A stretch of 35,820 nt of DNA, from positions 1 through 35,820 of IMG/VR virus record IMGVR_UViG_3300010358_000008. One strand, 5' to 3'. The notes under the pieces are model-generated. The model was given only the letters and a program-made list of their open reading frames with translations, ran no database searches and was not told where the DNA came from. Origin of the DNA: a virus. Its lineage: Duplodnaviria > Caudoviricetes. Below, piece after piece: positions 18,276 through 26,851 of the stretch; position 1 is the stretch's first letter, and each line of letters starts with the position of its first letter. A program made the translations under genes and the position numbers.

Positions 18276-20048
18276 TTAGCTAGTGGAGTCTTCTTCGGGC
18301 AAGCGGCGCTGAGGCAGAGTGGTCCCATGAGCCAGGGTGACGATCCTCTGGAACATCTTCTGAACGTCTGCGTTGTCCTTGAGATCGAGTCCGGGGGCGG
18401 CGGCGATCTTGGCGGTTGGCGCAGTGTTTACTTGCGGACCACCCGCAGGCTTAGTGTCTCCCCCGTTGGACGAGCCGCTCTTGGAGCCGCCATTGCCTCC
18501 ACCATTCTGTGGGGGTGGTGGGACTGGCTGGGGGCCCTCTGGCGGGACCATGCCGGTCATGTTGACAATGAGGGAGGCGACCTGGGCCCGGAGGAATTCC
18601 AGAGCAGCTTGCTGTTCGGCGTCGTCCAGCAACTCCTTGAAGAGCTCCTGGAGCTTTTCGTCGGGCTGCTCCTCACCGAGCTCTTGGAGGGCACCACGCT
18701 TCGACTCAAGCCCCAGCGCCATCTTCACCTGGAGCTCGTTCAGCAGGATCAGCTTGTCAACAGGAAGAGGCGGCTGAAAGTGGACCGTGTTCTCATACGT
18801 CACCGGGTCCATCGGATCCAGCATCGGTAGCTGGTCATCCCGCAGGGGCGGATCCTCCAGCGGGTCATAAACCAGCCGATCCGGCTCCTTCATGAACAGG
18901 GTCTTCAGCGCCAACCTGTTCACCTCAGCAAAGCCCTCACCATACTGTGTGGCCTTGAGCTTGAACCGATTCATGAGCGGTTGATATTGGATGGCTAAGG
19001 CCACGCCAGAGGTATTTGAGATGGCCTGTTCCTCGCCCAGCGCCGTTTTGGGCACACCGGTCATTTCATGCATGGCCTGCTTAATTACTTCCAGGGCTTG
19101 CAGAGATGTCTCGATGCCACGGGGATCGAACAGAAGGTTCTCTACCTTGGCTTCCTTGTTAGGGATTGACCAGGTCTGATGGCTGCCTTTCTCCAGGTTA
19201 GAGGCCCGAGCTCCGATCACTACCGTTACCGGCGCAGCGTGGTAGTTGACGATATCGAGGATGTCCGTCATCGTCTCGTTGTAGGCCCGATTGAGCACGG
19301 TTACGTCCTGTATATCCGGCATACCCCACGGCGATGAAGGGATCGGTAGGTTGCTGATATGGACAATAGGGATCTCACCCAACGGGTTCTCACGGCTGTC
19401 GATGAGCTCGTCATTAACGTACTCTTCGATCTGATTTTCGGTGAGTAATTCCGTGTAAGTAAAAACCTGTCTCGTCCCTTCTGCCGATGTCCCCCAGAAG
19501 CGATATTTGAGCTTAAAACGAATCATTCGAGCCCGGTCATGTGGGTGCCATTCCGGGAACGCATAGGCGCTATTTAGCGGCAAGATACGCACCCGACCCG
19601 GATGTGGCATGCCCGAAGGATCCACCCAGGGCTCCTCGTAGGCCACCTTTATGAAGCAATCTCCAGTCACCGAGCCCATAGCCCCGCACTCCCACAGGAC
19701 TGAGTCCTTGCGGTTGTCCTTCTCCCAAATGCGCTGAAGTCGGGTGGGTACTATCGCTCCGGTAGCGTCGGGTGAGCGAAATGAGACGCCCTTACCGAAG
19801 ACAAAGTTAGTGGTAAAGTCACTCAATGCCCTGGTGTAGTTAAAGGTTAACTGCGGCTCACCTAAGTCAGGACGTTGGGCCCAGTGGTATCCCAAATAAA
19901 AAGCCCAGTTCATGGCGTAACGGTTTAACCGTGGGCCATGTACCTCAAACTCCTCGTCCGCTAGCTCCACCAACCCGAGCGGGCTTATCTGGATCGTCAG
20001 GTCTGACGATGCGGCACGATAAGAGGGGGACTGGAATTGGATTGACAC
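18276..20048 (-). CDS. Portal protein (SPP1 gp6-like)
   Basis: Likely GTG start at 20048 (TAGTG overlap). NWAFYLG, GDCFIKV, NPLGEIPIVH, SNTSGVAL motifs; Pro/Gly-rich C-terminal tail. Confidence 0.9.
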   Translation of the reverse strand: MSIQFQSPSYRAASSDLTIQISPLGLVELADEEFEVHGPRLNRYAMNWAFYLGYHWAQRPDLGEPQLTFNYTRALSDFTTNFVFGKGVSFRSPDATGAIVPTRLQRIWEKDNRKDSVLWECGAMGSVTGDCFIKVAYEEPWVDPSGMPHPGRVRILPLNSAYAFPEWHPHDRARMIRFKLKYRFWGTSAEGTRQVFTYTELLTENQIEEYVNDELIDSRENPLGEIPIVHISNLPIPSSPWGMPDIQDVTVLNRAYNETMTDILDIVNYHAAPVTVVIGARASNLEKGSHQTWSIPNKEAKVENLLFDPRGIETSLQALEVIKQAMHEMTGVPKTALGEEQAISNTSGVALAIQYQPLMNRFKLKATQYGEGFAEVNRLALKTLFMKEPDRLVYDPLEDPPLRDDQLPMLDPMDPVTYENTVHFQPPLPVDKLILLNELQVKMALGLESKRGALQELGEEQPDEKLQELFKELLDDAEQQAALEFLRAQVASLIVNMTGMVPPEGPQPVPPPPQNGGGNGGSKSGSSNGGDTKPAGGPQVNTAPTAKIAAAPGLDLKDNADVQKMFQRIVTLAHGTTLPQRRLPEEDSTS

Positions 20049-20296
20049 TATGACCAACCAGGAGAGTGTCGGATCTGACCCTTCTCAGGCACCCAGGCTT
20101 GCACCGGGTGGCCCTGGATATCGTTCGGGTCAAATGGTTCACCAGGTAGGAATGTCTTAGCGAACACTCCTACATGTCCAGCCTGTTCATAGTGCCCTTG
20201 AGTCAAGGGTGGAGGATGGTACGGAGCGTGGCGTCGTCCCTCATTGCGCCGGTCATGGAAGAGACGATGACCGCCGATGCCGTCCATCCTGTCCAT
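20048..20296 (-). CDS. Small protein with N-terminal DGIGGHRLFHDRRNEGRRHAPYHPPPLT tag (copy A)
   Basis: TGATG-coupled start; stop overlaps the portal start. Shares 28 identical residues with its neighbour. Confidence 0.75.
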   Translation of the reverse strand: MDRMDGIGGHRLFHDRRNEGRRHAPYHPPPLTQGHYEQAGHVGVFAKTFLPGEPFDPNDIQGHPVQAWVPEKGQIRHSPGWS

Positions 20297-20556
20297 CAAG
20301 ACTCACCTATATGGAACCGGGTACGGCCAGGCTTCTCCAGACCCTCAGTGATCAGGTGCTCACCCCGGTGGTACTCACCGATGTCGCCCTCCAAGGTGGG
20401 GTAGTTGACCTTGCCCTGGTGCTGAGTGATCCAACTGACCTCCATAGGAGCAGTGGATGTCAGGGGCGGCGGATGGTAAGGAGCGTGGCGACGGCCCTCG
20501 TTACGACGGTCATGAAAAAGCCGATGACCACCAATGCCGTCTGCTCGCTCACTCAT
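20296..20556 (-). CDS. Small protein with N-terminal DGIGGHRLFHDRRNEGRRHAPYHPPPLT tag (copy B)
   Basis: Same 28-aa block with only synonymous differences; unrelated C-terminal half. Confidence 0.75.
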   Translation of the reverse strand: MSERADGIGGHRLFHDRRNEGRRHAPYHPPPLTSTAPMEVSWITQHQGKVNYPTLEGDIGEYHRGEHLITEGLEKPGRTRFHIGES

Positions 20557-20565
20557 GTGAGTACG

Positions 20566-20751
20566 TCACCGTTGTGGCTGTTGCCGTCGCTGCTCATCGT
20601 ATTCCATCTGCGTGCGAGGCAGCCGCCGACGCTCCGCAATCTGAGTCAGGATGCGCTGCACCTGGCGGTCGTAGGCCTTGTGCGGGTGGCCCGCAGCCAT
20701 GGCCGCATGACGGGGCTGAAAGCGGGTCAGGTTGGAGGACTCATCGGCCAT
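20566..20751 (-). CDS. Small basic Arg/Gln-rich protein
   Basis: Start reassigned to ATG 20751 (MADESSNL..., SD GGGAG), overlapping the upstream gene end. Confidence 0.5.
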   Translation of the reverse strand: MADESSNLTRFQPRHAAMAAGHPHKAYDRQVQRILTQIAERRRLPRTQMEYDEQRRQQPQR

Positions 20752-20980
20752 CTTTGCTCCCATACAGACGCTGGTTGTCGCTCTGATAGCTGTTGTCGCC
20801 GCCACCAGGCCGGTAGATCTGCTCCAGCGTGGAGGAGAGCCCGCTAGGGGCAGGAGCACGGCCCTCCCGCCTGGGCGAGGAAGACAGCGGGTTAGCGTGG
20901 GGGTCACGCCGGTCGTTCCACAGCGTCTCGATGTCCATGTAGTCGATGGGGACACCCTTGACCTTGTAGTCCTGCATCAC
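20741..20980 (-). CDS. Small hypothetical protein
   Basis: SD GGGAGG before GTG/ATG; packs into the operon; contains LWNDRR. Confidence 0.55.
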   Translation of the reverse strand: MMQDYKVKGVPIDYMDIETLWNDRRDPHANPLSSSPRREGRAPAPSGLSSTLEQIYRPGGGDNSYQSDNQRLYGSKDGR

Positions 20981-21048
20981 TGCCTCCCTGACAAAAATCT
21001 GGAGCCCCCTGCGACCACTCCGGGCATTTTTTCCAGTACCCTGGAGGT

Positions 21049-21249
21049 ATGGCTACCACGACCATCAAGCTGACCAGGAAGGAGTTCGCTCTCCTTTACG
21101 AGTACCTCGACAGAGAGCACTCGTTCGTCTGGGATCCAGCCGAGGTCGGGAAGACCACCAAGTTGGGCAAGGAGCTCTGGGACCGGGTCCAGAAGATCGC
21201 CACCGAGCAGGACTTCACCCCTAAACATAAGGCTGTCCCGTCCGGGTAA
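21049..21249 (+). CDS. Small antisense-oriented hypothetical protein (leaderless)
   Basis: MATTTIKLTRKEFALLYEYL..., preceded by TACCCT-N6-ATG. GC3-rich codons. Confidence 0.65.
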   Translation: MATTTIKLTRKEFALLYEYLDREHSFVWDPAEVGKTTKLGKELWDRVQKIATEQDFTPKHKAVPSG

Positions 21250-22081
21250 CGCCCTTCACCCTGGGCTTTCCGCTCTTGGTGGGGGCCGAAGTCTCGATGT
21301 GCTTGCCGCCCTCCCACACGATGGCCTGCATGTGGTGGGGGAGCTCGATGTCACGGCCCAGGCCAGCCGCCCGGTAGGCATTCTCAAAGTGCTCGTAGCG
21401 GGTGGGCTTGCCTGAGGCCAGCGCCGCAGAGGAGAGCCCCCGGCCCGAGTAGGCAGCCGGGTACATCCGGTTGATGGCGATGTCATGGGCCCGGTAGTCG
21501 ATGGTGACGTGGGTGTGCTGATGGGGGTAGGCGATGTTGTGGTAGAAGCTGTGGATCTTCGGGGCCGTGCGCCGGTTGATCACGTCCTCGATGTTCTCGC
21601 CCTCCATGAGCCGGTGAGCTCGCACCAGCCCGGTGTCAGAGGCATGCACCAACGACATGCCCTTCAGGAGGTGCTCCACCTCCGGGGTGCGCCGTCCCCC
21701 CGCCTCTGAGCGATGGATGGCAGCCCAATCCTGCTTTTTAAGGCTGTGGAGCTCCTTAAAGGCCGGGATATTACGGCTGCCCCAATCCATCTGCGGGCTG
21801 ATCGAGGCCACCATGGCCGCACCATGTTCAGGGGAGACAGAGGTGCGCCGGATCCCCTTCTGCACCGCTTCATGCACCTTGGGATACCACTCTGAGCCCG
21901 AAGCCCGGAGATGGGGCGGGGTGACATCGTGGAGGTGCTGGATGTTACGGACAGCCTGCATGAACTGGTCCGGGTTGCCCAGGTCGAACTTGGGGTACTT
22001 GGCGGCAAATCCCACCTGACTGGACCGTCCAGTCGGTGTGCGAGGGGCATCAGAGCCAGGACGAACGAAGGGGCTACCCAC
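21221..22081 (-). CDS. Conserved phage protein, possible HhH-type DNA glycosylase-like fold
   Basis: WY...ASISPQMDW-x-x-x-N...K-x-x-SF-x-x-NI...VTID-x-x-A...Y...AY-x-x-A...QAIVW pattern. The family is recognised; the fold and function are inferred. Confidence 0.55.
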   Translation of the reverse strand: MGSPFVRPGSDAPRTPTGRSSQVGFAAKYPKFDLGNPDQFMQAVRNIQHLHDVTPPHLRASGSEWYPKVHEAVQKGIRRTSVSPEHGAAMVASISPQMDWGSRNIPAFKELHSLKKQDWAAIHRSEAGGRRTPEVEHLLKGMSLVHASDTGLVRAHRLMEGENIEDVINRRTAPKIHSFYHNIAYPHQHTHVTIDYRAHDIAINRMYPAAYSGRGLSSAALASGKPTRYEHFENAYRAAGLGRDIELPHHMQAIVWEGGKHIETSAPTKSGKPRVKGVTRTGQPYV

Positions 22082-22398
22082 TACGTCGGCCTATCTCGAC
22101 GGCCCTCACCACGGCGGTCATGGAACACGTCATCACCAACGTCAACGGTCTTGTGCACTCCGTACATGCGGACCCGTCGCCCGGAGGGCTGATTGCTGGG
22201 CGGGACCGAGTGGGTGTACTCGATGTCCTGGAAGGGCCCGCCTTCTGTCTCAGAGGTGGCCTCCCCGGCCACCACGCCGTAGTGCCACTGGTTGGCCTTG
22301 GGGTTCTTCCACTTGACCACCCGAGCTCTGCTGCCCTTCTTGGGCGCACCGACACTGCCGAAGGGCGTGTAGGCAGCGTCGAACTCAGTGGCGTCCAT
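22081..22398 (-). CDS. Small protein with C-terminal FHDRRGEGRR tag
   Basis: Tightly coupled to both neighbours; ends VGDDVFHDRRGEGRRDRPT. Confidence 0.65.
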   Translation of the reverse strand: MDATEFDAAYTPFGSVGAPKKGSRARVVKWKNPKANQWHYGVVAGEATSETEGGPFQDIEYTHSVPPSNQPSGRRVRMYGVHKTVDVGDDVFHDRRGEGRRDRPT

Positions 22399-22399
22399 C

Positions 22400-22801
22400 T
22401 CAGTCGGTGACTACCTCAGGGGCCCGCCGCTTCTGGATGCGTCCGTTGCGAACCACCTCTTCATAACGGACTTCGGCTTGATCCGTAAATGAGCCGTGAG
22501 CAAATTCCCCCAACATGGTGGGAGCATCGATCCAGGCAGCGGAGCCGACATGAGCTCGCTCCGAGAGCGTCTCCTCTGGCATTTTGAACTGGACGTTGGG
22601 GTCAACATGGTTGATGCGACCCGGTGCCGACACCATGAACTCCAACATCCCCCGTTGGAAATCGTTGGGCACATCGGTGTCAGTGGACAGGCCTTCCTCA
22701 AAGCGCAGCGGACCCCGGCCACCAGGTGCATTGGGGCCAACACTTACGTCATAGGCATAACGCCCCCGCTCCGGGAACGTCGGCTCAGGCCCCAGGCTCA
22801 T
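22400..22801 (-). CDS. Conserved virion-associated hypothetical protein
   Basis: RGPLRFEEG-x-x-TDTDVPNDF...ERAHVGSAAW motif recalled from Bxz1-like phages near the portal. SD GAGGAG. Confidence 0.7.
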   Translation of the reverse strand: MSLGPEPTFPERGRYAYDVSVGPNAPGGRGPLRFEEGLSTDTDVPNDFQRGMLEFMVSAPGRINHVDPNVQFKMPEETLSERAHVGSAAWIDAPTMLGEFAHGSFTDQAEVRYEEVVRNGRIQKRRAPEVVTD

Positions 22802-22838
22802 GGAGGCTCCTCTCTACGGCTTTCATGGCTTTGTAGGA

Positions 22839-22890
22839 AGGCTAGTGAGGGGCCCCTGGCCCTCCTTGACCACCCGAGTACCCTGGAGGC
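22839..22890. promoter_or_regulatory. Divergent promoter pair
   Basis: TAGCCT on minus (22839-22844) ahead of the 22801 gene; TACCCT on plus (22879-22884), 6 nt before ATG 22891. Confidence 0.5.
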
Positions 22891-23142
22891 ATGTCCGACC
22901 TGTGGGCGCAGCAGACCTCCATGCAACGGGCCCTGGGCACCAGCCCGCAGTCAGGTGACACCCCCGCCGACAAGGAGCTCAGTACTGCGACCACTCCGTA
23001 TGCGGCCCAGCTTCAGTCGCAGTCACAGGTAGCCCGCTGGAAGAGCATGGCCCAGCCCGCCGTCGCTGGTGCCGCCGACAAGATCAATGGAGCTATCAGC
23101 GACGTGCTAGGGCCCTTGAACGGTGCCTTGCCTGGCGGCTAG
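22891..23142 (+). CDS. Small Ala/Gln-rich antisense-oriented protein (leaderless)
   Basis: Same AGTACCCTGGAGG-Y-ATG context as the 21049 gene. Overlaps the terminase 3' end by 47 nt. Confidence 0.6.
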   Translation: MSDLWAQQTSMQRALGTSPQSGDTPADKELSTATTPYAAQLQSQSQVARWKSMAQPAVAGAADKINGAISDVLGPLNGALPGG

Positions 23143-24757
23143 TGGGCACGGCCCGCCGTTCCGAGCGGCCCCACCGGCTGGCCGTGATCTCCACCTCTGG
23201 CACCACCAGCACCTGGCTCATGATGGTGGCGCATGACAAAGAGTCGACGTAGTCGTCGTGGACGCCAGCCTCGTCGGGGGCCTCGACCAACAGGTGGGCT
23301 CCCTGGTAGCGCTTCTCCACGTCGATCATCTGCTGACGAAATCGCTTCCAGTTCTTGGTTTTTTTGGCCTTCGGGTGGGCGGGCCATGACAACAAACCAC
23401 GTTGCAGCAACTGCTGGAGGTGCTTCCACCTGGCGGATTGCTCTGCGATCTGGGACGACAGTGGTTCCACCTGTATGTTGGGGAGAAGTCTTTTAAGACG
23501 ATCAGCAGCTACATCGCCTACGCCCTGAGCATCTACACCCATCGCCACTACGCTGTAGTTACTCAAAAAATCGACTATGCGCCAATACTGCTCTTCCCAC
23601 TCCTCCCCGTGCATCTCCAGCCAGTTCAGGATGCGATGGTCGTAGAGGCCAAGCTCATCGGGCCTGTCCCAATCCACCCATAGGACTGTAACCACGGTAC
23701 TGTCCATCTTCCGGGCGAAGTCAATACCGGCCACCAGGGGTGTCTTCCAATAGCCTGGCACGATAGGCATGGTGGCATCACCGAGCTCATCCATCCGACT
23801 CTCAGTGATGAGCATGCCCCGCTCCAACAACCACTCCAGCTTGTAGTTGAGTCGGAATTCATCTGAGTCCTCTCCCACCCGCATGGCCTCGCCCCGGATG
23901 TAGGCGGCGTAGTTGCGGTTGTAGCGGGCGCAGTATTTCCAGTCGAAGCGGAAGTGGTTCTTCTTACCACCCCGGCGTAGCTCCTGGCGACGGTTGTGCT
24001 GGATGGTCTTGTAGAACAGCCCCTTGGTGATGTCGGGAGTGCCGGTCATCACCACAGTTGCAAGATAGAATGCACCCATCGGTGAGATACTCTTATTAGC
24101 GACGTACTCATCGACGGCCTGCGACTCATCCACGAAGATGACGTGGTAGCTCTTGGACTCGATCTTGGCCCTGGGGTTGGCCGTCTGCATGGCACAGAAG
24201 CTGCCGCACTTCTTGAGCCGCACCCGACGAGAGCCTGGCTTGACCTGGTCATCGATGTCGGGATCCTCCAGCATTTCCAGGGCCCGTTCGCTGGTCAGCC
24301 GGTCCACCATGCGACCGAACAGCGTCTCCACCTGTTGCTCCACCGGGGCGAAGCAGCCGATCATGACGCCCCGGCTGAACTTCTGGAGAGGCTGGAACTC
24401 CTTGAACATCTCGGCCAGCCGGGGTAGCAGGATCATCAGGCTGGCCCCCACGTTGGCAAGCACCTCAGTCTTCCCACTCTGACGGCTGAGCTCACCCGTT
24501 ATGGTCGCCCCGTCTCCTGAAATAACCGATTCAATGATGCGCCGCCCCAGGCTCTCCTGGTAGGGAAACATTTCCACACCACTGAACATGACTGTGAATT
24601 GCCACACCTTGTCAGTGAGACGTGCAACGAACTGCTGATCAGTGGGGTCGAGCTCCTGGGGGGCGTAGCTGGCGATGTCATCGGACAGGCCGTCCTCGCT
24701 CTCGGCCCAGAGCTCCTCGTCAGGTTCTTCCAGGCCCGGTTCGGCCACATACGTCAT
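23096..24757 (-). CDS. terL: Terminase large subunit
   Basis: Walker A SRQSGKT, Walker B VIFVDE, coupling motif TGT, RNase H-like AGIDFA...D and HDDYVDS. Confidence 0.93.
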   Translation of the reverse strand: MTYVAEPGLEEPDEELWAESEDGLSDDIASYAPQELDPTDQQFVARLTDKVWQFTVMFSGVEMFPYQESLGRRIIESVISGDGATITGELSRQSGKTEVLANVGASLMILLPRLAEMFKEFQPLQKFSRGVMIGCFAPVEQQVETLFGRMVDRLTSERALEMLEDPDIDDQVKPGSRRVRLKKCGSFCAMQTANPRAKIESKSYHVIFVDESQAVDEYVANKSISPMGAFYLATVVMTGTPDITKGLFYKTIQHNRRQELRRGGKKNHFRFDWKYCARYNRNYAAYIRGEAMRVGEDSDEFRLNYKLEWLLERGMLITESRMDELGDATMPIVPGYWKTPLVAGIDFARKMDSTVVTVLWVDWDRPDELGLYDHRILNWLEMHGEEWEEQYWRIVDFLSNYSVVAMGVDAQGVGDVAADRLKRLLPNIQVEPLSSQIAEQSARWKHLQQLLQRGLLSWPAHPKAKKTKNWKRFRQQMIDVEKRYQGAHLLVEAPDEAGVHDDYVDSLSCATIMSQVLVVPEVEITASRWGRSERRAVPTSRQARHRSRALARR

Positions 24758-24823
24758 GTATCGACGCTAGCTTGACCAGCCATTTTGACCCTGACCAGTC
24801 GGCTCTGTATAGCGCCATATCAC

Positions 24824-24875
24824 TGTGTATAAAGCCAGAGATTACGCACAGAGTTATCCACACCCCTGTGGATAA
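24824..24875. promoter_or_regulatory. DnaA box cluster (putative origin or DnaA-binding site)
   Basis: TGTGTATAA (24824-24832), TTACGCACA (24842-24850, imperfect), TTATCCACA (24854-24862) and TGTGGATAA (24867-24875) in a relatively AT-rich intergenic gap. Confidence 0.75.
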
Positions 24876-24987
24876 GTTCGGGCTTGACGACCTGACTTGG
24901 TGGTGCCAAGGTAGGCGATTACCGACCGACTGAAGTCGACCGGCTGGAAACATAGGTGACCCACGGCGGCACCGGATAGGGGAAGCG

Positions 24988-25788
24988 ATGACAGAAGGCT
25001 TGGTACACCCATGCCTGGATTTAGGCGACTCACCGGAGCACCGGCTGCTCTACTGGATGGGTCAGCGAGCTCGACAGCGTGATGGCGTACTTGTGCGAGA
25101 TCCCGAAGATGTGCTATCGGAGGCGGCTCGCCGGGTGTTCGGATCAGGAAACAGCATGAAGCTCGTCCCTTGGATGCGAACCCTCATCGACTGCGAGTTC
25201 ATTGAAAAGACTGAGGTTGGGCCCCACTATCGGTGGAAAGTCCTGGTCACATGCCCTGGAGAGAAATTCTCCGGGGAACTTTCCCCGGTACCCCACGCCG
25301 CAGGCGGGAGGAGTGTAAGTCTAGCGGCGAAGCCGCTGGAGTGGAGCGACCCGGAGGATCGCTCTGGCAGCGACAGAGCGATACGACGTTCTTTGAAAAC
25401 AAATTCAATTTCTGGACGGACTACTTTTCGCCAGAGGTCTGTCCAAACGCCAGTCAAGGAACTGAGCAACCTGTTCTATGCCAGGACACTCCACAGAGGG
25501 ATGGCCCGCCCCGGCGAAATGAACTGGAAAGGCTTCGGAGGGGCTATCAAAGCCTGGATAGAAAATGAAGACATGGATGTGTGGTTGATCCGGCGCATGA
25601 TCAACGAATTCGTGAGGCATCCGCAGTGGGTCAATAATTCCAAGAACAATGCGTGGAAGGTTTTCATCATCCGGCGTGATGACCTGACTGCAATCTTGTC
25701 CACACAACAGCGACGTGATCCCTCAGCCAGCAAATCTCGCTTCGGCCACGACTACCTCAACGGTCGTCGTCAGCCACAGCACGCATGA
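24988..25788 (+). CDS. Hypothetical protein, candidate replication initiator / DNA-binding protein
   Basis: First gene of the replication operon, two genes before the DnaC-like loader. Possible N-terminal winged helix and C-terminal helical domain; no definitive motif. Confidence 0.45.
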   Translation: MTEGLVHPCLDLGDSPEHRLLYWMGQRARQRDGVLVRDPEDVLSEAARRVFGSGNSMKLVPWMRTLIDCEFIEKTEVGPHYRWKVLVTCPGEKFSGELSPVPHAAGGRSVSLAAKPLEWSDPEDRSGSDRAIRRSLKTNSISGRTTFRQRSVQTPVKELSNLFYARTLHRGMARPGEMNWKGFGGAIKAWIENEDMDVWLIRRMINEFVRHPQWVNNSKNNAWKVFIIRRDDLTAILSTQQRRDPSASKSRFGHDYLNGRRQPQHA

Positions 25789-26246
25789 CCCCGGCCTGGA
25801 GAAACCAGGCCCCCACTGACAGGTTCCTCAACTTCAGGAAGCGCCCTTGCGTCGAGCACCTGGAGGAGTATTTCGATGAGGGACTGGAGGCACTGGCTAC
25901 CACACGAGCTCTCTGCGTCAAGTGTCCTGCGTTCCAAGCGTGCACCAACTGGAGCCTCGCCCACCACGAGGATCTGCCCTATGGCATCTTCGCTGGCCTG
26001 ACACCGGAGCAGCGCACTCGGATCGTCCACGGTGTCGATGAGTACAAGGACTGGCGGCAGGACTACCTCCGCAGCCGGGTGAAGCAGTCTTACAAGATCC
26101 GACGCAAGGTCCGGGCCCCGAACCCGCCTTGCCCTACCTGTGGCCGGTCAGACACGGTCAGGAAGGACGGTGTAGTAGACAATAGACAGAGGTATCGCTG
26201 TAGAGAGTGCAAACATCCCCGAGTATTTTTAGGAGAGGAACTGTGA
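25785..26246 (+). CDS. whiB: WhiB-family Fe-S transcription regulator with C-terminal Zn ribbon
   Basis: C...C-x2-C-x5-C (PC...CVKCPAFQAC) and GIFAGLTPEQR (WhiB G[IV]WGG-like), followed by CPTC...RKDG...RQRYRCREC. Confidence 0.8.
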   Translation: MTPAWRNQAPTDRFLNFRKRPCVEHLEEYFDEGLEALATTRALCVKCPAFQACTNWSLAHHEDLPYGIFAGLTPEQRTRIVHGVDEYKDWRQDYLRSRVKQSYKIRRKVRAPNPPCPTCGRSDTVRKDGVVDNRQRYRCRECKHPRVFLGEEL

Positions 26247-26851
26247 ACCGACCCTTCGCACCCTTTCAAGACATGACCCTGGACGACTTCGTTGGTCGAA
26301 CCGGCAGCCAAGCCGAAGCGCTCAGTGCCATTGAAGCCTTTATCAAGAACCGGGAAGATAATTTCAAGCGTGGGGCTGGGCTGCTCTTCGTGGGCCCTCC
26401 AGGTGTGGGCAAGACCTTCCTCGCCAACATGGTGCTCAAGTCCTTCATGGAGGCAGGCGACACTATCGAAGCCATCGAGCTCAGCACCTACATCAACCTG
26501 TACCACGAGAAGTTCGATCTGATCGAGCTCCTGAAGCGGGACTATGAGCCCGCTGAAGATGACTTTATTGAGCTCAAGAAGCACCTGAACATGATCGAGC
26601 GCAAGGCCAAGTGGGTGCTCTTCGATGACATCGGACGTGAGCATGAGTCAGGATCCGGCTGGTCGAACGAGCAACTGTTCAATGCCTTCCGGTTCCGTTG
26701 GAACCGTGGCAGACCCACCATCTTCACCACGAATTTCGATCTCAACGATCTCGGAGCTCGTTATAGCGAGGGGTTTGTCAGCTTGATCGGAGAAGCCTGT
26801 CAAGTCGTAGAAATTAAAAGTGACGACTACCGGTGGACAAGGGACGAATAG
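26243..26851 (+). CDS. DnaC/IstB-like AAA+ helicase loader
   Basis: GLLFVGPPGVGKT, VLFDDIGRE, R...PTIFTTN. GTGA-coupled start at 26243 with SD AGGAGAGG. Confidence 0.88.
   Translation: MNRPFAPFQDMTLDDFVGRTGSQAEALSAIEAFIKNREDNFKRGAGLLFVGPPGVGKTFLANMVLKSFMEAGDTIEAIELSTYINLYHEKFDLIELLKRDYEPAEDDFIELKKHLNMIERKAKWVLFDDIGREHESGSGWSNEQLFNAFRFRWNRGRPTIFTTNFDLNDLGARYSEGFVSLIGEACQVVEIKSDDYRWTRDE

Noticed and set aside
20200-20545. Repeat pair as a CRISPR array or DGR template/variable repeat
   Set aside because: Only two copies, both coding; differences are synonymous and not adenine-specific; no reverse transcriptase or cas genes in the window.
26120-26246. IS1 element suggested by the InsA-like motif
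   Set aside because: No InsB/DDE transposase and no terminal inverted repeats; the motif is fused in frame to WhiB.
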